Assembly (NCBI RefSeq): GCF_006345805.1
Contig: NC_043014.1
Span: forward strand, 34,720,001-34,784,000
Direction of reading: 5' to 3'
Length of the DNA stretch: 64,000 bases
DNA from: Octopus sinensis
Lineage: Eukaryota
Shown here piece by piece: positions 11,471-24,775 of this stretch; position 1 is the first letter of the stretch; every line of letters begins with the position of its first letter. The translations under genes and the position numbers were made by a program. The notes beneath the pieces are model-generated. The model searched no databases. It was not told where the DNA came from and worked only from the letters and a program-made list of their open reading frames with translations.

Positions 11471-13068
11471 GTGTGAGTGTGTATGTATGTAGGTATGCAT
11501 GTATGTGTATTGTATTATATGCCTCTACCCTGACCACCCACCCACTCCAAACCTTTGTAACCCCCACTTATTCTCACCACTCCCAATGTCCCAAGACATT
11601 ACCATCTCTCTCACCATTGCTGTCTTTACCTTACTCACTGACTCACCCTCTCTCTTTATCTTACTCTCTAACCTATCTTCCTTTCTATTTCACCTGGAGT
11701 ATTCATGTACTTGGTTTGTTTGTTTTTTTGCTTCCTTGCATTTAACATCAGTGTGGTGCTTATTCGTTATATGCATGCATTGGATCATCCTGTAACTAAC
11801 GTGGTTTTATTTAGTTGCATGACCTAAAAGTTGAAGGGGGACAGGGAGGTCAGAACAGTACTGGAGGAGCATTTTTTTGTCATGGACAAGTGAATTTTGG
11901 AAGTGGGGCCTTGCAAGTCTACCAGATAGGTGGGAGAGCATTGTAGATAATGAAGGAGAGTATATTAAAAAAGAACTTTTTTCTCTTAATTTTGCAAATG
12001 CCTCACAGGATTAAATAGAAGCTCCTGCAACAAACTAGGCCATACCTCAATGGGAGCAGGTGATGCAAACTTTGTTTCCCTTATAGGGCAAAGAACCTCA
12101 AAAGTTCCCTTGGTGTATGTACCTCTTAAATTCAAAAAGTGAAATTTCTAATCAGTGCCCTCATGATAGAAAATTTGTGTTGGAAATGTGGGCTTTCTCA
12201 CTTGCTGACTAGTGAATGGAAAATACCCATAAACAGACCCTTTTTGAACACAACTAGAACCATTTAAAAGAAGTTAACTCTATCTCTCTCAGAAAGAGTT
12301 TTTGATTCCAAGCTGACCAAGCTGACCAAGACTGTATCTTTACCTCCATTAGTAATGAAATTATGTGCCTCTGGCTACCAGGTTGATGGGTCACCTATAT
12401 TACTAAGTGTAATAATAGACATGAAGTCAGCAGTAATTTTGTTGTATATGTAAATAGGTGTATCTGTACGTGTCTGTGTCTGTGTGTGTACATATATGTT
12501 TGTATCTGAATAAGTGTGTGTGAGTATGTAATATATATGTATGTATGTATGTATATGTGTGTATGTATGTACATTGATAGATCAAAAACCGGTTAATTAT
12601 TATTTATGTACATTATTGCTAGGGTAATCCACAATTTAACTTTCAAAACATGCAATTATCTTTGTATACAAAATTATATCTTCATGGAAGTTACTTCCCA
12701 CTTGTCATTGGTACAATGCAGCCAAACAGAAGTGGGAGTAAAAGACTACAAGATATTAACCTATTTTTTAGTCATATATATTTTTTTTTTTCAAGTAATA
12801 TTTAATCTACCGAGGTCAACTTTGTCTTTCTTCCCTCCACTAGTCAATAAAATAAAGCATAAGTTAAATACTGGGGCTAATGAAATTAGTCATCCTTTCT
12901 CTCCAAATATATGGTTTTGTATCTATGCCAGACATCAATATTTCTGTTAGTAATGGTAGTGATAAAGTAAATAAAAGTAGGGTACTGGACTCAATGGAAA
13001 AGGCTGTTGTCTCCCTTTTTCTCAGAGTTTTAGGAATTATTATTTACTTCAAGGAAGGTGGGACTGGG

Positions 13069-13148
13069 TCAGTGAAGATGCCGACGACCACTCGGTTCAA
13101 AGTCTCTCTTGACCAGAAATGGCCTGAACTCTTTGCATGAACACCACC
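13069..13148 (-). CDS. Tentative terminal exon (phase 1: WCSCKEFRPFLVKRDFEPSGRRHLH*)
   Basis: AG at 13150-13149, open frame to TGA, and dibasic KR and GRR sites. The acceptor has a weak polypyrimidine tract, another frame is also open, and no homologue was recognised. Confidence 0.2.
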
Positions 13149-13639
13149 CTGTACATAATTCCATGTCCCTCTACATGGCCTTGCTTTTTGCTTTTTGAGC
13201 CAAAAAATTAACTTAACTTAACTTATATCACTGAATTATCATACCAATAGGAGAAATCATTATAAACAGCAGTGGATTGGTAAAATTATTAGAATACTCA
13301 AACACCTTGTTATATTTAGTGACATGCCTTTATGTTCTGAGTTCAAATCTTGCTGGAATCAGCTTTACCTTATATTCTCTCTAGGATCAATTTGGAAAAC
13401 TCCTACCAAGTTCTGTGGTTCAATTTAATTGAACATTTCTTCCCTCTAAATTTATTCTAATTCTATTAATAATTATTGTATCTATGCCATTAGGAAATGC
13501 CTGAACCCCACAACTTCTGTTTACTCTAAAAATATAGGTTTCCTATGTCTAGTTTTGTTAGTGGACTTTTAAGATCAGTCAATGTCTATATCCAAATAGT
13601 TTGTCATGTACTGACTTATTGTATATAACACCAAGTTGA

Positions 13640-14150
13640 AATCAAACTCGATTGTGAAGACCTGTTGAGGCAAGTGAAATCGAAATCAAACTTGGTGACT
13701 GGCATCCGTTGCTAGTGGAGCGCTAAGAGTACCATACGAGTGAGAGCATTGCCAGAGCAACAAGCTGGCCTTCGTGCTGATGTCACATTAAACACACCAT
13801 TTGAGCATGATCGTTACCGCATCGCCTTACTAGCACTTGTGCTGGTGGCACGTGACAAAAAAACATTCGAGCGAGGTCATCGCTAGTGCCACTGGACTGA
13901 ATCCTGTGCAGGTGGCACATAAAAAGCACCATTTGAGCGTGGCCGTTGCCAGTACCACCAAACTGGCCCTCGTGCCGGTGGCACGTAAAAGCACCCACTA
14001 CACTCTTGGACTGGTTGGCATTAGGAAGGGCATCCAGCTGTAGAAACTCTGCCAGATCAGATTGGAATCTGATTTGCCAGACCTCAGTCAAATCGTCCAA
14101 CCCATGCTAGCATGGAAAGCGGATGTTAAATGATGATGATGATCATCATC
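13640..14150 (+). mobile_element. RTE 3'-UTR module with internal tandem units and (GAT)n tail
   Basis: TGTGAAGACCTGTTGAGGCAAGTGAAATC..., repeated GGCAC(G/A)TAAAAAGCACC units and the standard tail. Confidence 0.8.
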
Positions 14151-14649
14151 ATCATATGAATGCTTATTCTCTTGATAACAATCTCAAAACTGTTCTGGAG
14201 CAACAGCAAAATACTCAAATTTAATTGGTTAATTATTATTCAAGACATTGTTGAGTTTGACTCGTCCTTCATCTCTCCTGTAGTTACACAAGAGAGTTTT
14301 ATCATACAAGAACAGACAGAATAACAAACTAGACATGAGACATTCCTACACAGCTGAATGCTGCACATACAAGATTGACCTGGAAGTTAGTGTTTCTGAG
14401 ATTCTTGGAATGCAAGATTTGTTGATTTTTTGTGAAACATTTTATCAGTTATTTCTATCTTGTAGATTTGCTTGAATAGAGATTAGGCCTGTCAGGAGCC
14501 TCAGGACTCATAAAATAAGAACCCAACCCAGTTTCAATGATATATATGTGACTGAGATCACAGCACTTGCCACTGAATAGGATGCTGGTCTGTCATAGGG
14601 CTAAGGTCCTGGCTATTGCTGGAACTCATCTACTTCTGAGTGGGTTGGA

Positions 14650-15090
14650 GCAATCATCATCATCATCATCATTTAATATCCGCTTTCCATGCTAGCATGG
14701 GTTGGACAGTTCAACTGGGGTCTGGAAAGCCAGATGGCTGCACCAGGCTCCAGTCTGATCTGGCAGTGTTTCTACAGCTGGATGCCCTTCCTAACGCCAA
14801 CCACTCCATGAGTGTAGTGGGTGCTTTTTACGTGCCACTGGCACAGGTGCCAGACGAGGCTGGCAACGGCCATGATTGGATGGTGCTTTTTATGTGCCAT
14901 GAGCATGGAGGCCAGTCGAGGCGGTGCTGGCAACGGCCACGTTCAGATGGTTCTCTTACGTGCCACCGGCACTGGTATCACAACTACAATTTCCATTGAT
15001 GTTGATTGATTTCGATTTTGATTTTCACTTGCCTCAACAGGTCTTCACAAGTAGAGTTTTGTGTCCCAAGAAGGAAAGGTATGCATAAAA
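14650..15090 (-). mobile_element. RTE 3'-UTR module, well preserved
   Basis: Highly similar to copies at 23465-23740, 53690-54020 and 58975-59495. Confidence 0.8.
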
Positions 15091-15119
15091 AAAAATATAT
15101 ATATATTAGTGTGTGTGTG

Positions 15120-15700
15120 AATGAGAACAGCTGTGTGATGAAGTGTCACAACCTAACAGTAGAGGAAACCTGTGGAAGAGGTAGACCTAGGAAGACATGG
15201 GATGAGGTGGTGAAGCACGACCTTCGAATGTTGGGCCTCACAGAGGCAATGACAAGCAATCAAGCCCTTTGGAGACATGTTGTGCTTGAGAAGACCCAGC
15301 AAGCCAAGTGAGATCGGCCAACGCCAGTGTCACAATACTGGCCAGTTTAGAAGCACCCTTCAATTGTCGGGTGAGATGCCATGCTTGTGAAGACCTGTTG
15401 AACCGAGTGAAATTGTAGTCATGTAGTCATGCCTGACTGGCACCTGTGTTGGTGGCATGTAAAAAGCACCATTCAAGCATGATGCCAGTGCCGCCTGACA
15501 CCTGTGCTGGTGGTATGTAAAAAGCACCATTTGAGCATGGCTGATGCTAGAGCTTTCTGACTGGCACCCATGCCGGTTGGATGTAAAAAAGCACCATTCA
15601 AGTGTGAGCATTGCCAGTGCTGCATGATCGGCACTCATATCAGTGGAATGTAAAAAGCACCATTTGAGTGTGGCCAATGCCAGTTCCACCTGACTGGCAT
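15120..15700 (+). mobile_element. RTE LINE ORF2 C-terminus plus 3' UTR
   Basis: SCVMKCHNLTVEETCGRGRPRKTWDEVVKHDLRMLGLTEAMTSNQALWRHVVLEKTQQAK* is a typical RTE C-terminus. It is followed by about 6 AAAAAGCACCAT units. Confidence 0.85.
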
Positions 15701-15799
15701 CAGAAAGTTACATTGGTTTTGCACCTATAATGCTCTTAGCAATGTTGGTGCTAAACCAATGGTAGCTGCCTGACTGGCCATAACCAATGCCTACATTAA

Positions 15800-15834
<35 letters not shown>

Positions 15835-15983
15835 CAGCAGGGTTAAATGGTTAAGAAGTTTGCATTGCCACCCCAAAGTTCTGGTTTCAATGTTATCTTA
15901 AGCAAGCGTCTTTTAAGTATTGTCTCAGCTTGATCCAAGCCTTGTGAGTGAAATTAGGTTGAGAGAAACTGTGTAGAAGACCC

Positions 15984-16380
15984 TCAGATGGATTGCTCTT
16001 GTAATTCAAAAGGCTTGCTAGTTACATACTCTGCCACACTGATTCTGACTAAGGATTGCATTAATACTGCATAGGTCCACAGAATGTTCACCCATTTACA
16101 CAATAATTTAAGGAGCAGATTGTGGTGTTGGCAGTCGGTGTTATGGGAGATTGTGGTGTCGGTGGAGAGGACGACAGATGAGGTGGGTGGAAGTAGGGCT
16201 TGCAGGGGCCGGTGGAAGACTGGAGGGCACATGTGCGGGGGGAAGCGGAAGCGGTCAAGCGGGATGCATGTGTGGCGATCGAGGAAGCGGGCAGTTCGAG
16301 CATAGACGACGAAGCGACAGGATGTGTCAAATTTGTAAGAGACCTCTGATCTTCACCGAGGTAAGACCTTTTTATATTTC
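15984..16380 (-). mobile_element. Probable LINE fragment (Pro/Ser-rich region preceding an endonuclease)
   Basis: GC-rich, P/S/T-rich minus-strand ORF ending in TICSLN, resembling the start of an APE domain. Classification uncertain. Confidence 0.35.
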
Positions 16381-16838
16381 TTTCTCCTCCTTGTTGTCCT
16401 CCTTGTTGTCCATCCATCACACTACACAGATAATTCAGTTGACCAAACAAATTAATCATCATTGTTGGCATCAATGGAGAACCATTTATTTATTTATTTA
16501 TTATACATAACTGTGTGTAAGAAAGTATGAGAAAGTGCACATGTGCATGTGTACATGCATATGTGTGATGTAAATACCATGGGAATATGTTGGGAATATC
16601 TCATAAGCCCCAGAGTATTTTTTAAGAGCTGAGCTCAATCTTTGTTTCATAGTATGACATGGATAAGGAATAATTTTCTCTTGGATAAGATGTCAGTCCA
16701 TTGTAGATAATATTCCTAGATAACTTAATGTGAACAATTTCAAGCTTCTACAAGACAAATGGTCATTCTACATTAAGTAGTGCTTCTCACATTCGGACAA
16801 AATAAGATGGTTACAAAAGTGTGGACTGAGGTGTGACA

Positions 16839-17090
16839 GAATTAACTAAGGTGGCAAGCTGGCAGAAACATTAGCACGCCGGGTGAAATGCTCAGCAGTA
16901 TTTCATCTGGCACTACATTCTGAGTTCAAATTCCGCCGAGGTCCACTTTGCCTTTCATCCTTTTGGGGTCGATAAATTAAGTACACATTACGCACTGGGG
17001 TCGATGTAATCGACTTAATCCGTTTGGCTGTCCTTGTTTGTCCCCTCTGTGTGTAGCCCCTTGTGGGCAGTAAAGAAATAAGAATTAACT
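16839..17090 (+). mobile_element. Nin-domain SINE with 11-bp TSD
   Basis: Full head GGTGGCAAGCTGGCAGAAAC and Nin core. TSD AGAATTAACTA on both sides. Confidence 0.88.
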
Positions 17091-17714
17091 ATTATGATTT
17101 AGGGCCATTGTAACACTACTGAAGATTTGAACATCATGTAATGTAACCATGTCAGTCTAGTGAGTTATACACTTCAAAAGTATATGACTATGACCCATGA
17201 GATGAAAGTCACTCAATTATTTTAATTGAAGGTCATACTGATATTCTTCATAAAGGTCATACTGACATGTTAGATAAAGGTCACCATGATGTATTAAAGA
17301 TCACTCTAGTATATTAACTAAAGATTAGTATTAACATATTTAATAGTTAGAGTTAATATAATTAATGAAAGGAAGATTAAAAGAATTAATTGCATATAAA
17401 CGTTTTGATTAAAAACAATATTAAGCAAAAAAAAAAGAGAAAATTTTAATTATTTTCAGCAAATAAGGGAGACAACACTAGACATTTCAGTTTTCTTATG
17501 AGCTTATCAGGGGAACAGCGGCTTCACTCTACTTGTCAAAGTAGATATGAACGAATCACTAGTATATAAGATTATATATTGGTCAGTGTAGAAAAACAGA
17601 ATTGCTTAGAAAGTAATTGACTCAGAGACACAATCTGTTCAAAAGAAGCAATAGTGCAGTTAGTTTTGATATATTTAAGGCATGGGGTATTATAAAGATA
17701 ATATGAAATAATTA

Positions 17715-17891
17715 GGCATAGGAGTGGTTGTGTGGTAAGTAGCTTGCTTATGAATCACATGGTTCTGGGTTCAGTCCCACTGCGTGGCACCTTGGTGTCT
17801 TCTACTATAGCCTCAGGCCGACCAAAGCCTTGTGAGTGGATTTGGTAGATGGAAACTGAAAGAAGCCTATTGTATATATGTATATATATAT

Positions 17892-17938
<47 letters not shown>

Positions 17939-18170
17939 GTGTGTGTGTGTGTGTATGTCTGTGCATCTGTGTTTGTCCCCCCAACATCGCTTGACAACCG
18001 ATGCTGGTGTGTTTATGTCCCCATAACTTAGTGGTTTGGCAAAAGAGACCAATAGAATATGTACTAGGCTTACAAAGAATAAATCTTGGGGTCGATTTGC
18101 TTGACTAAAGGCTGTGCTCCAGCATGGCCACAGTCAAATGATTGAAGCAAGTAAAAGAGTAAAAGAGTAG
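17715..18170 (+). mobile_element. tRNA-derived SINE, full-length
   Basis: GGCATAGGAGTGGTTGTGTGGTAAGTAGC head, internal (TA)n/(TG)n and GTAAAAGAGT tail repeats. Confidence 0.9.
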
Positions 18171-18189
18171 AAGAAAAGAAACAAGACAA

Positions 18190-18620
18190 CATTAGGTTGA
18201 GGAGTCCATGAGGCAGCAGTCTGAGGAAGTGAGCAGCAACTGTGGAGGTAGCAACAATGAAGAAGTGGAAGATGACTTCTTCAGTGGTGTCACCCAACAA
18301 AAAGAGAGTGGAAGCCACAGGTTACTGAAGGACAAGGCCCAGAATTTAATAAAGACCTGGTTGGAGACCAGCTCCAAAGATTTACTAACAGATGCTGCCT
18401 TCTTGAGTGAGAAAGTGTTGGTGGACTTGTTCAAGAATTAACTATTATGATTTAGGGCCATTGTAAACTGAACATTTATTTTCCATGTGCAAGGACATCT
18501 TGAGCGCCAAGTAATTGTACTTGTTTAATGAAAATTTTAGTATGTTAATTTTCATTAAGGGCAACATGAAACTCATCAACAAAATGGAGAAGAAGAGAAA
18601 AATTAAATTATGTATGTATC
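18190..18620 (+). pseudogene. hAT transposase C-terminal (dimerisation domain) relic
   Basis: EEVEDDFFS...WLE...AFLSEKVLVDLFKN, then EHLFSMCKDILSAK*LYLFNENFSMLIFIKGN, matching the hAT ERLFS...RxxLSDENFEMLxFxKxN pattern. Confidence 0.7.
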
Positions 18621-20719
18621 ATATTTTTCATTTTTTTAATTTATATTTTTTACGGCCACTTTATCAATAAACTTTTTTAGTTTAATACTAATATTGTGTT
18701 GCACTTGAGTTTTTTTTTTTTTTTACCCTTTTCTGGTTCTAAAAGACTTTAAAAACCTAAAAAAAAGAGGGCCAAAACTATGAAATCAGCATTTGTTAGG
18801 CCCTTTGAAATTTAAAACTATAAAATCAGCATTTTTTAACCCTAAGCCCCAAAAAGTAAAAACTATAGTTTTGGGGTTCTAAAGCCTTCAAAAAGGCCAA
18901 AAAAGCTGATTTTTGTTTTGGCACTTTTTAACCCTTTAGTGTTTAAACCGGCCCAAAACCCCTAGTATCTAATTACTCCATGAAATCTTTTTAAAAAAGA
19001 TAAATCATGTTAGTGAATTCTTGTAGCTTTGAGATAATATGAGAGTTTTTCTTCCAGAAAGCACAGAACTGGAAGAAAAGCAAAATTAACTGAGGTGGAT
19101 GCCAACAGAAAAAATATTGACTTCTATAAGATAGAAAAATATAAATGGAAGGAAAAAAAGTTGGTAAATATTTTGATGTGAATGCAAATAGCTATTATGT
19201 GGTAGCAGGGCATGCTAGAAATAGCAGCCAAATTTTTATTTTTCTGGAAAAAGGAGCCATTTACACATAATTTTGATGTGACATTCGTTGAAAGCATGCA
19301 AAATAACCTGGAAAAGGTAAAAAAAACCGCGAAACAAAAATCCCTTGGTGGGAAACTTCGAGGCCCCTCACCCCCTCCCACTTTTCTTTTCTGGTAAAAA
19401 GTGGCTTACGGTGGGTTTGGAGGTCAGATATGTTGAATGCACCTGATAAAAACTGTGGAAAAAAATTATTCCACACTGAGGTATGAAATATTTACCAAAA
19501 GAATAAAATCTTGTACTGATTGTACCTGTATTTTAATTAATTCAAATTTATGTTGCTCATCTTGAAAAGTGGCAAAATTTTTGTCAGTTGTCATCTGAGA
19601 TAATTTTAACAACAAATCAAACAGGTAAGATGCATTAAGTATTTCAATTTTAGTGTTTATCCATAATGTTCTTGCTTTTATACCTGTTAATTATATTTAC
19701 CTGCCCATAAAAGTAAAATTTACTTAGCAAGATCAGCTAAAATTATATAACAATAAACCAGTGGAATATAAAGCACCCACTGACAAAATTTCAAATCTGC
19801 ATGTAAAAAATTTACAAAGCTTCAAGCAAATATTGTGGATACCCCTCTTGAACTTGAATAATTCAAAATAACGTGAACAAATAAGCATTATATTTGACAA
19901 ATTAATATGAAAACTAAAGATGTTTTAGGTGCTTTTTCTTTAATACATACACATAACATGGCATTGCTCAGTTGGGACTACACATGTGTTACTTTTATCA
20001 TCAGCCCATAAAATTTGTTTATAGGGAGAAAAATATTGAAAAATATCAATAGATGTGTGAGTGAGAAAGGAACGAGGAGGGAGATTTTGGAATGTGCTAG
20101 AAACAGCCAGATCTTCCTTTAAATCACTCATTTTCCTCTGAAATTATCAACAGTATTTTTAAAACCAAAAATATTTCTCTCACAAGTTGTAAGTGCAGAG
20201 TGTAAAAAAAAAAATGGCCAAAATCGTTTCAGATTGGGGTGGTGAAGGGGTGACATGAGTGAAAAAAATGTTTTTAATTATTTTTTTGTGAAAAGATGCC
20301 TCTCATCATTCTGAAGACTATGGTAAAAAAAAAAAACACTGGGAAAAATCCCTGTTAAAATAAAGAAATTCCAACTTATGAGGGCCGTCTGATCCAAAAC
20401 TTCATTTTCCAGAAACTCCTCCCCTCCGCCCCCTTCCTAAAATTTTTCCTATAATTTCTTCGCAATCATAATCGACACTATTCGAAAATAGTATAAGTTT
20501 GTATAAAATTTCATTAAAAAATGCCTATTTTCCGGAAAGTTATGAGGAGGAAAATGTCAGATCCTGTGAATTTTCCGAAACTCCTCTCCCCAACCACTCG
20601 GAAAAATTTTTCCAACAAATCTTTACATACACTCAATCTACAGGATATAAGCGATTATTTGGTGAAAGTTTTGTTAAAAAGTATCCCTTTGTCTGGAAGT
20701 TAAGAAGAAACAAAGTCGG

Positions 20720-20852
20720 TGGGGTATTAAACTGTAGTTATGCCTGTCTCAATAAAAGTTAATGCTAATGGATTAACAATAACTTCCATTACATTTTCAA
20801 AGAATTAACGGATTAACGAAGTTAACTTTTCGATCGATTGTGCCCACTGCTG
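20720..20852 (+). mobile_element. hAT-type right terminus
   Basis: Ends ...TTAACGGATTAACGAAGTTAACTTTTCGATCGATTGTGCCCACTGCTG, resembling the reverse complement of CAGTGGTGGGCAC-type hAT ends. It may belong to the relic at 18190. Confidence 0.45.
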
Positions 20853-20916
20853 TATATATATATGTGTGTGTGTGTATATATATATATATAAAGATAAATA
20901 GATGTATGCATGTATG

Positions 20917-20948
<32 letters not shown>

Positions 20949-20970
20949 GATAGATAGATGCATCTATGTA

Positions 20971-21018
<48 letters not shown>

Positions 21019-21299
21019 AAAAGAAAATTAATATAATAACAATGGGAAACTCGTGGTTTTCGCTGGTTTGCCTTGGGCATATATATTGATATAGATTTGG
21101 GGTATATTCATGATATAGATTTTGGCCTCGGTGAAATTTAGCTAAGTAAACTTAGTGACTGCCAAAAAATCACCAAAAAAAAAATTTTTACTAAGCTCAT
21201 TAAAGCTGTCATCACCATCGCATTACAAACGATGATAATAAAGATGATAAATAAATAATTAAATCTAATTGAAGTAATTAAGTAAGCAATCATAATGAT

Positions 21300-23460
21300 A
21301 AAAACATTATAATAAAGAATAAAATAAAATAAAATAAAACAAATCCATTCTGGTGTTCAATGTTTCTAAAAAGCACAATTTGGTTCACTGTAAATATGTG
21401 ATGTCGATGCAACACATGTTAGGCAATTGTAAACAGGCTTTAAGAGGTACAATAAAAATTTAAATTGTTAGATATATAATGGGCTAAATTGCATTGTAAA
21501 AAAATCAAATGGCTCGAAAAGGAGCATCTAAAAGTAAAGATTACAAAAGGACAATGAAAATGAAATAAAAATAAAATAATAATAAAGGATTGTAAATAGT
21601 CGAAGGTTTTCTTGAAGGTCGAAAAATGTAAAATGTAATGGTGATATTATACAAAATGATGCCTACTTTTAGGTGGTAAAATCAAATGCAAAAGTCAAAT
21701 ATTATTATTATCTATATGGTATTTTATCAGATAACATTTTATACTTTGTAGCATGTCTGCAGGAATTCAAAAGCTCCCATCTTTGGTTCAATACATATGT
21801 ACCCTGGAACAGGATGAAAAGCATTTTGCTTAGGCACAAGTTACATCTCATAGGGTGTCTATATGCTTCGTGCTTATATGGTGCAGCTTTCTCCAAGATA
21901 GTCCAGCTGATATTGAAAGGATGGGTATCATTTTTTTTATTGCTCTCCTATTTTGGGGTATCAAAATGAATTTCAATGGGAATATAATCTAGTCTTAAAG
22001 GAATTCTCTGAAATTCTTGTGTATGTTTTGTATTCTTGCAAGCCGTTAATTTGTACTTTAGACAATTCCCTTCTCTAGACAAATTCTTTCTAATGGACAG
22101 CAACTTTGATTTTTACAATTGCAATTGTTTTGGTTAATATTGGCCCTGTGGTTGCTTCTAATAGTTTTGGTGTTGTGCTGATTAAAGAGGTGAAGCTCTT
22201 ACAACAAGAATGGCTAATCTTAAGCATTTGTCTATTAAAAATTCTATAGAACTTATGGTTTTCTTGGAAGTGCCTAGAAACTAGTTTTTAAAATTCCTAT
22301 ATTAGTTTTTATTGCAATGTTAAATGCCGGATTAAACCATAAAACTTTCCTAGATCTTGTTCTACTGGTTCTATTATTGCTAGTGCTTTGACTATACTGG
22401 ATCTTCTCTGAGAGTCCACTGTTCCTTAATGCATTATTATAATACGGCATGGCATTTTGAAACACTACCACGTCAGAAGATATGGTTGATATGCACCTTC
22501 CTATATTACTAACTAAACTCTTGAGTATAACAGGTGGATGATTAGACTCTTTGCTAATATAATATAGTTTTTCATTAGGCTTATGGTAGGGTTTAAATTT
22601 ATTTAATTGCAAATCTAAGTTAATATCTAAAAAGTCTACATTATTAAGGTTAGTATCTATCGTAATCCATAAGCCCATTCTATGGAAGTAAGTAATATGA
22701 TTCTTCCTAAGTCTATCTAATTTGTGACCATTCATATTAAAGGTGACTATAAGACCATCATCCCTGTATAATCCTGTGTCTATAAAAGGGAATTCCAGAT
22801 GCAGGTGATGTAAAATATAGGCTTCTGTAAGCATACATAATTCTGCCCCATCATATGCCCCCATCAGCACATCAAATAAAGAATTCGTGCTCTTTTTGAC
22901 CCAGGTGGAATCATTGTAAAAAAGGAGGGATTTCCTTGCATATAGGATAATATCAATATCCAAGCTGTCGATAGTAGTGTATTGCTTGGTGAAGTCTAAT
23001 GTTTAAGAAATAAAGGTCTGGATATTAACAGGTAAAAATCGACAATAACGAGCAGTATAAATTTACAGTTACATTTATGGCTAATTCGCTTGAACTAATC
23101 TATAACTGACTTACTATTTCCCCAAATTCATAAATTTAATTCTCTTTTTAACTTGTTTAAAATAAAATCTAAAACACTTTTATTAATAATACCTATTTCT
23201 GTTTTAGGTGGGTTGATAAGTCTATATTTAGGGTTTCTACTAAAATTAGCTTTATGGTCCTTAAGGATAATAAAGGGATAGTGTGATGGACAGTATTCTA
23301 TCCTATCACTAACTTTAAGGTTGTTAGCGATCCATCTTACTTCGATATTCTCCTCTTTATATAAGTTCATATTATCTTTTGTAGGTGTCAGTAATGCAAT
23401 TTGAAAGGAATCATTTGTAAAGATCTTTTTCAACTGTGTATAAATTTTGTGTTCTATCAG
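21300..23460 (-). mobile_element. Penelope-like retroelement (RT plus GIY-YIG), decayed and 5'-truncated
   Basis: KDHKANFSRNPKYRLINP, FDVLMGAYDGAELC and GLYRDDGL RT motifs; CNCKNQSCCPLERICL...GIV and RCNLCL...LNQRWELLNSCRH endonuclease motifs. Confidence 0.92.
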
Positions 23461-23464
23461 AGTT

Positions 23465-23740
23465 TATGAAAATCTTATCTGTGCCGGTGTCACGTAAAAA
23501 GCACCATCCGATCGTGGCCGTTTGCCAGCCTCGTCTGGCACCTGTGCCGGTGGCACGTAAAAAGCACCTACTACACTCACGGAGTGGTTGGCGTTAGGAA
23601 AGGCATCCAGCCGTAGAAACATTGCCAGATCAGACTGGGCCTGGTGCAGCCTTCTGGCTTCCCAGACCCCAGTTGAACCGTCCAACCCATGCCAGCATGG
23701 AAAGCGGACGCTAAACGAAGATGGTGATGATGATGAATGA
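23465..23740 (+). mobile_element. RTE 3'-UTR module
   Basis: Standard tail ending GGAAAGCGGACGCTAAACGAAGATG. Confidence 0.8.
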
Positions 23741-24374
23741 GATGGTGAGTAAGCTTGCCATCTCATTCAGTGGATAAAATCTTCCGTTCTTTTCAATAAG
23801 GCTTTTGAGGTACTGCTTCTGCATTGGGATAGATATATTTTGAAAGAAAAATCCAATGGGTAGAGCTCCATTTTTTCCAGCTGTTTTTTCTTCCTACTTG
23901 TGTGGAGTCACTCAAACTTTCTTAAAAAGGAGCAGGTTACACCAAAGTAAGCACATAAATGTGATACAAGGTGGGAAAAAATAGTGCTCAAATACCGGAG
24001 GTAGAGTAATATGCTTGATTATTATTAAAGCTGCAAAAACATCACAAAAATACCACAATATACTGCTACTCAGAGTTTCATGTTCCTGGTCGTCGGACAG
24101 TTTAGACTGAGAATGGAACAAAATAAAGTTAGTATGTATAAAATATACAATTTACATTGACAGATACACATTTGAAATTTGTTTCTTTTTATTGGTCCTT
24201 TCAACTAATGGGATTTTTCTAATTAATGATGATAGCTTTAAAATCCTATTATGTGAGGTTGAAGAAAACCTTAAGTCAAAAATCAAAATTTCAAAACTGA
24301 CTTTAGTTAGAAGGAAAAAATGTATATACCCAGAATGCATTAATCAATGACAAATATATATATATATATATATA

Positions 24375-24775
24375 GGAGCATGAGTGACTGTGTGGTAAGT
24401 AGCTTGCTCACCAACCACATAGTTCTGGGTTCATTCCCACTGCATGGCACCTTGGGCAAATGTCTTGTACTATAGCCTCGGACCGACCAAAGCCTTGTGA
24501 GTGGATATGGTAGATGGAAACTGAACGAAGCCCGTCATATATATGTATATATATATATGTATGTGTGTGTATATGTTTGTGTGTCTGTGTTTGTCCCCTC
24601 AACATCGCTTGACAACCGATGCTGCTGTATTTTCATCCCCCATAACTTAGCGGTTCGGCAAAATAAATTGATAGAATAAGTCCTAGGGTCAATTTGCTCG
24701 ACTAAAGGCAGTGCTCCAACATGGCTGCAGTCAAATAACTGAAACAAGTAAAAGAGTAAAAGAGAGTAAAGAGAT
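24375..24775 (+). mobile_element. tRNA-derived SINE, followed by an inverted partial copy (24785-24925)
   Basis: Plus-strand head and body, then the reverse complement of the same 5' half. Confidence 0.85.

Noticed and set aside
16200-16365. CpG-rich promoter with first exon MCQICKRPLIFTE|GTAAGA on the plus strand
   Set aside because: The segment is better explained as the antisense of a LINE-like Pro/Ser-rich region, and no downstream exon could be linked.
14285-24135. Plus-strand exon candidates (about 14285, 19588 and 24082)
   Set aside because: Each has AG/GT boundaries, but their phases do not chain into a convincing ORF and the peptides have no recognisable homology.
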